Below are positions 59,403 through 64,000 of a stretch of 64,000 nucleotides of DNA, piece after piece; the first letter of the stretch is position 1, and the number at the start of each line of letters is the position of its first letter. The DNA comes from Phycisphaeraceae bacterium (GTDB lineage: Bacteria; Planctomycetota; Phycisphaerae; Phycisphaerales; Phycisphaeraceae), in the NCBI GenBank assembly GCA_963674705.1, contig OY771506.1, forward strand, positions 768,001-832,000, written 5' to 3'. The translations under genes and the position numbers were made by a program. The notes under the pieces are model-generated. The model saw only the letters and a list, made by a program, of their open reading frames with translations. It did no database searches and had not been told where the DNA came from.

Positions 59403-60875
59403 TCAATACATATTGACGTGGCCAAGCGAATCGCCAAGCCTCGGGTCGCCCGCAGCGATCAGGCCTTGCTTGGTTGCACGCTGCACAGCAGCGCCGACCG
59501 CGATCCCGCCCAGGCCGATCAGGCACAACAGTTCCACCGTCGGGACCTGTGGATTCGGGGTTGAGTAATTCGGCATGACGACCCACCATTGGTCGATCCA
59601 GTGCATCACCAGCAGCCACACCGCCCAGAACGCCAGCAACGGCCGACTACGCTTCACCCACCGGGACAAGAGCCCCAGGAACGGGATCAGCAGGTGTCCA
59701 AATAGTAGCGCGACGCCAACCCAGGTCCAACCCGAGACAAAGGGATTGCCCTGCTGTGTGGTCATGCCACGCAGTTCGAACCAGTAGGATTCTTCCGGGA
59801 TGTTGCCGTACCAGATCAGCATGAACTGGCTGTACGCGATGTAACCCCAGAAAAAGACGAAGGCGAACAGCAGCTTGCCCAAGTCGTGGTAGTGCTCATC
59901 CGAGACGCTGGGCAGGTAGCCGAACTTCTGCAAAGCCATCAAAGCCAGGATCAGCGTCGCGATCGAGCCCAGGGCACAGCCGGCAAAATAGTACACGCCC
60001 CACATCGTCGAGAACCACGCCGGGTCCATCGACATCAAAAGATCAAATGCTGCGAAGGTCAGCGTGATCGCGAAGATGAATGTGCCCGGCGCAGCGAGGA
60101 CTTCCATCTTGCGGGTCATCTTCGGCGCCTCGCCGCTTTCTAGCGTGACGTGATCCTGCTTCGAGGATGTCTTCAGATACCACAGGCCCAGGCCGGACCA
60201 GACCAACAAATAGATGGTCCAACGCAGTGTGAAGAACCACTTGGTCAGGTAAGGCTGCTTGCCCGGGACCAGTTCATCGGTCAGGGCCTGTTTGTAGTGC
60301 ATGTTTTCGGCGATCTGACCGTGTGCTTCACCATCACCGTGATCCATCTCGGCCGCATGTTCGTCAACGGCTTCGGGGTGATCGGCTGCAGATTCAGCCG
60401 CGGCGCCGTGTTCTTCGTTCGCGACGGTGATGATCCGGGCGTCGTGTGATTCCACGGCCGCAGCGTGTTCAGCCGCTTCGGGGTTGGTGTATTTATCGCT
60501 CGCCCAGGGGTACAGCATGCCGTTGCCCATCAGGACGTACAGCAGTACCGGGATGAAAAGCACAATCATGACCGAAGTGGTCGCGGCCATGACTTCGGCG
60601 ATACGACGCACCGCCACAACCCAACCGGCGCGGAACAGGTGCGTGATAAGCACGATAAACAACCCACCCAGCGCGATGCTCAAGACATACGCGAAGTTCA
60701 GGACGTAGGCGTAACCGAATCGCTCAAGCCCTCCACCCTGCAGCATGCTCAAGCCCAGCGCCAGAAGCAGCGCGATGACGCCTACCACAATCGCTGTCAG
60801 CCCGAACGACCGCGCGCCCGCGCCGAGCCGGCGTTTGTCGTCGTCATGCAGGATGGGCTCGTGATGATGAGCCAA
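59403..60875 (-). CDS. actF: Alternative complex III subunit ActF
   Basis: About ten TM helices; DLLMSMDPAWFST, HDLGKLLFAF, QFMLIWYGNIPEE. Confidence 0.9.
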   Translation of the reverse strand: MAHHHEPILHDDDKRRLGAGARSFGLTAIVVGVIALLLALGLSMLQGGGLERFGYAYVLNFAYVLSIALGGLFIVLITHLFRAGWVVAVRRIAEVMAATTSVMIVLFIPVLLYVLMGNGMLYPWASDKYTNPEAAEHAAAVESHDARIITVANEEHGAAAESAADHPEAVDEHAAEMDHGDGEAHGQIAENMHYKQALTDELVPGKQPYLTKWFFTLRWTIYLLVWSGLGLWYLKTSSKQDHVTLESGEAPKMTRKMEVLAAPGTFIFAITLTFAAFDLLMSMDPAWFSTMWGVYYFAGCALGSIATLILALMALQKFGYLPSVSDEHYHDLGKLLFAFVFFWGYIAYSQFMLIWYGNIPEESYWFELRGMTTQQGNPFVSGWTWVGVALLFGHLLIPFLGLLSRWVKRSRPLLAFWAVWLLVMHWIDQWWVVMPNYSTPNPQVPTVELLCLIGLGGIAVGAAVQRATKQGLIAAGDPRLGDSLGHVNMY

Positions 60876-60900
60876 GACTGTCGCTCCCTATTACAAGTGC

Positions 60901-61608
60901 TTACTGCCCTGTCGGGGCATCTTTGACCTTCTGTAACGACCGGACGTAGGCGACGATCGCCCAGCGGTCTTCCACCGGGATCTGCTTACCGTAAGCGGCC
61001 ATGTTGCGGATACCGTTGGTGATCGTGTTGAAAATATGTCCCGCCGGCCTTGCCGAACGTTCTTCGTCGGTCAGGTTGCTCGGGGGGACCCACACCGCTT
61101 TGATCTTCACCGCGCGCTGGTGGATCGGGCCGTTGCCGGCGCCGCCGTAGCCGTGGCACGGGAAGCAGTAGGTATTGAACTTCGCCTGGCCTCGCTTCAG
61201 CAGGGCTTCATTAACGACGATGTTTTCCGGGAAACCTTCGTAGTAGACCGTAACGGTTTGGCCGGACGCATCTTTCTCGTTGCGGTAGCCGCGGTAGTAA
61301 TGATCATCCTGGGCGAGCGCATCAGCACTCGGAACTTCGGGATTCTTACCCCACGCGACAGTGCCGGGTACGGGCTCGCGCATCGCCCTGCCGTCAGCGA
61401 AGACAGGCGAGTCGTCCTGAGCCTTGAGCTTGGTCTGCTGGTCCATATCCAGGAACATGTGGACGCGCGGCTTGGTCGAATCCGTCACCCGCGCGCGGGC
61501 GATGAACGCCAGCGGAACCAGATGCAGGCTCAGCAGGATCAATATCCCCGCGATCAGCCAGAACGGCGGGGCCGGGAGTTTGAATTCTTCAACGATCCAC
61601 TTGATCAT
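60901..61608 (-). CDS. actE: Alternative complex III monohaem cytochrome c ActE
   Basis: DMDQQ.K, PVPGTV, CFPCH, DRWAIVAYVR. Confidence 0.9.
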   Translation of the reverse strand: MIKWIVEEFKLPAPPFWLIAGILILLSLHLVPLAFIARARVTDSTKPRVHMFLDMDQQTKLKAQDDSPVFADGRAMREPVPGTVAWGKNPEVPSADALAQDDHYYRGYRNEKDASGQTVTVYYEGFPENIVVNEALLKRGQAKFNTYCFPCHGYGGAGNGPIHQRAVKIKAVWVPPSNLTDEERSARPAGHIFNTITNGIRNMAAYGKQIPVEDRWAIVAYVRSLQKVKDAPTGQ

Positions 61609-61648
61609 CGTTATCTCTGTTCACCTGTGTGCAGCACACGCCACACGT

Positions 61649-62275
61649 TTAGTCTTCAATCAGTTCAATCGACGTTGCACCTAGTCCTTTAAGGAACTCG
61701 GCCGTCTTATCCTTATCAAACCGGATATCGCGCGCCTGCACTTCGATAAAGAAGCGGTCGGCGGTCGAACGCCTGAAGTTCTTGCTCTTAAGTAGCGGGT
61801 TGTACAGCTTGGGCAGCCGGTTCAACAGCAGCATCCCGAACACGGCCCCGAACGCTGAGAGCAGAATCGTCGTCTCGAACGCGATCGGGATAAACGCGGC
61901 AAGGCTGTTGAAAGGTTTGCCCGAGATCAGGAACTTATAGCCACGGATCGGGGCGGCCGCGCCGGGCAAGCCGGGCAGGTCGATCCCGCTGGTCGCCATC
62001 GTTCCGATCGCCAGGCCTAAGCCGACCATGGTGCCGGTCAATCCACAAGCCAGAACAATCCAGGGCAGGATCGTGGCGCGGATACCCATCGCCGAGTCGA
62101 TGCCGTGGATCGGGAACGGGCTGTGCACATCCCAATGTTTGAAACCTTCATCGCGCGTCTTCTTGGCCGCACGCATGATGTCGTTGACGGTTTCGAACTC
62201 CGCGATGATCCCGTGCAGTTTGGCAGGGGCTTCGGTCGCTACATCTTCGGTGGGTGGGGTGAGAACCTGTGTCAT
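61649..62275 (-). CDS. actD: Alternative complex III subunit ActD
   Basis: [27 protein letters not shown] overlap with actC. Confidence 0.9.
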   Translation of the reverse strand: MTQVLTPPTEDVATEAPAKLHGIIAEFETVNDIMRAAKKTRDEGFKHWDVHSPFPIHGIDSAMGIRATILPWIVLACGLTGTMVGLGLAIGTMATSGIDLPGLPGAAAPIRGYKFLISGKPFNSLAAFIPIAFETTILLSAFGAVFGMLLLNRLPKLYNPLLKSKNFRRSTADRFFIEVQARDIRFDKDKTAEFLKGLGATSIELIED

Positions 62276-63765
62276 CGCTTCTTCCCCCATTCATAGTGCG
62301 GACGGTCCGGACGGTAGTCCGCCTGATCCTCGTCGGGGTTGTACGGCTCATCGGGATCGTGAACGATGTCGTGGGCCTGCGGCATCACGGTCTTGACTTC
62401 CGCCATCGCGATCACCGGCAGGAACTTGCAGAACAGCAGGAAGAACGTGAAGAACAGGCCGAACGACCCGATCAGCATGCCGTAGTCGACCCACGTCGGC
62501 TTGAACAATGCCCAGCTTGAAGGCAGGAAGTCACGCTGCAAACTCGTCACAACGATGACGTAGCGCTCGAACCACATGCCGACGTTCACGCACATCGCGG
62601 CGAACATGATCGTGGGCGTCCACCGCCTTGCCTTCTTGAACCAGAGCACGTGCGGTCCGACGCAGTTACAGAAGATCATCGTCCAGTACGCCCAAGCATA
62701 CGGGCCCATCAGACGATTCAGGAACGCGGCCTGCTCGTAGTGGTGGCCGGAGTACCAGGCAACGAAGAATTCGATGCTGTAAGCGTAGGTCACAATCATG
62801 CCCGTACCGAGCATGACCTTGCAGCAGTTTTCGATGTGCCGATCGGTGATGATGTCCTTAATGCCGAACATCGCGCGGGCGGGAACGGCGAGGGTAATCA
62901 CCATCGCGAATCCGCCATAGATAGCACCGGCAACGAAGTAAGGCGGGAAGATCGTGGTGTGCCAGCCGGGCAATTGAGAGATAGCGAAGTCGAAGGACAC
63001 CACCGAGTGCACGGAAAGCACAAGCGGGGTCGCCAAAGCTGCCAGCAGCAGGTAGGCCTTTTCATAACGGTGCCAGTGGCGTGAAGAACCGGTCCAGCCG
63101 AGGCTGAACAGACCGTAAGCAAACTGGCCGTACTTGTTCTTGCATCGGTCACGCAGCGTCGCAAGGTCCGGGATCATGCCGACGTACCAGAACAGTGCGG
63201 AAACGGTCGCATAAGTACCAACGGCGAACACGTCCCAAAGCAGCGGCGATCGGAACTGCGGCCACATGCCCATCTGGTTGGGAATCGGTTGCAGCCAATA
63301 GGCAAGCCACGGACGACCGACGTGGATACCGGGGAACAGGCCCGCACACATGACGGCGAAGATCGTCATCGCCTCGGCGAAACGGTTGATCGCGGTACGC
63401 CAGTTCTGACGGAACAGGAACAAGATCGCGGAGATCAGTGTCCCGGCGTGGCCGATGCCGACCCAGAACACGAAGTTGATGATCGGGAAGCCCCAACTGA
63501 CGGGCTGGTTATTACCCCAGACGCCGGGGCCGGTCGTGACCAGGTAGCCGATCAGGCCACCGAGCATGCCCAGCAGGGAAAGAGCAAACAGAAAGGCGAT
63601 CCACCACTTGGCCGGCGGCTTGCCCGCGGCGATGCCGGTGACCTTGTCCGTGATGCTCGTGAAGTCGTTATCCCCGAGCACCAGCGGTGCGCGGCGTGTC
63701 GGGTCGTCGGTCGTGTTATCGAACAACACCTGCGGTTTTTCGGGTTGGGTAGAAATCGTCGCCAT
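62272..63765 (-). CDS. actC: Alternative complex III quinol-oxidising subunit ActC (NrfD family)
   Basis: [55 protein letters not shown]. Confidence 0.95.
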   Translation of the reverse strand: MATISTQPEKPQVLFDNTTDDPTRRAPLVLGDNDFTSITDKVTGIAAGKPPAKWWIAFLFALSLLGMLGGLIGYLVTTGPGVWGNNQPVSWGFPIINFVFWVGIGHAGTLISAILFLFRQNWRTAINRFAEAMTIFAVMCAGLFPGIHVGRPWLAYWLQPIPNQMGMWPQFRSPLLWDVFAVGTYATVSALFWYVGMIPDLATLRDRCKNKYGQFAYGLFSLGWTGSSRHWHRYEKAYLLLAALATPLVLSVHSVVSFDFAISQLPGWHTTIFPPYFVAGAIYGGFAMVITLAVPARAMFGIKDIITDRHIENCCKVMLGTGMIVTYAYSIEFFVAWYSGHHYEQAAFLNRLMGPYAWAYWTMIFCNCVGPHVLWFKKARRWTPTIMFAAMCVNVGMWFERYVIVVTSLQRDFLPSSWALFKPTWVDYGMLIGSFGLFFTFFLLFCKFLPVIAMAEVKTVMPQAHDIVHDPDEPYNPDEDQADYRPDRPHYEWGKKR

Positions 63766-63768
63766 GGC

Positions 63769-63999
63769 TTAGCTGTGTGCCTCCTGTGTATGGGAGGCCT
63801 CTTCACTTTGATGATGCCCGCCGCCGGTGCTTGCAAGCGAAGCATTGGGATTGCGGAGCTTGGCCAGATACTGCGTGCGTGATCTTGTATTCAACCCGTC
63901 GAGCACCTTGTAACCACGCGGGTTCTGCTGGCTCTTGGTGACTTCGCTGTTCGCGTCGTTCAGGTCGCCGAAGCTGATAGCCTGCGTCGGGCAGGACTG
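63769..63999 (-). CDS. actB: ActB C-terminal fragment (gene starts beyond window)
   Basis: Own translation [15 protein letters not shown]...[22 protein letters not shown]...HS-stop, directly upstream of actC. Confidence 0.85.
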   Translation of the reverse strand, partial: QSCPTQAISFGDLNDANSEVTKSQQNPRGYKVLDGLNTRSRTQYLAKLRNPNASLASTGGGHHQSEEASHTQEAHS

Positions 64000-64000
64000 C

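Overview
Chromosomal window of a GC-rich bacterium, most likely a Planctomycete of the Phycisphaerae (inferred from PEP-CTERM/dockerin exoproteins, a CPxCGYDL..CPECG membrane protein, a Ser/Thr kinase-TPR protein and an ACIII-caa3 operon). It holds about 55 CDS and one tRNA-Gln(CTG). Recognisable blocks: fpr / B12-radical SAM / MOSC; a four-gene Tad-pseudopilin operon built around a membrane pseudokinase with extracytoplasmic TPR-like repeats; purine catabolism (ade, xdhABC, guaD); a GGDEF-EAL sensor; a circularly permuted TrxR/YpdA-like flavoprotein fused to a NapH-like membrane ferredoxin; gdh, PAC2, rpe, pgk, a TPM pair, ygfZ, two STAS proteins, two PEP-CTERM proteins, htrA, panB, tandem EEP proteins, LOG, a heterodimeric ABC exporter, a class V aminotransferase, and alternative complex III plus A2-type caa3 oxidase (actB cut by the window end). 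Intergenic DNA carries several families of palindromic or short tandem repeats and two candidate structured RNAs. No CRISPR array, transposase, integrase or prophage was seen. The best candidates for undescribed systems are the Tad-pseudopilin/pseudokinase operon and the permuted flavoprotein-ferredoxin fusion. All calls come from reading motifs by eye; no database search was run.
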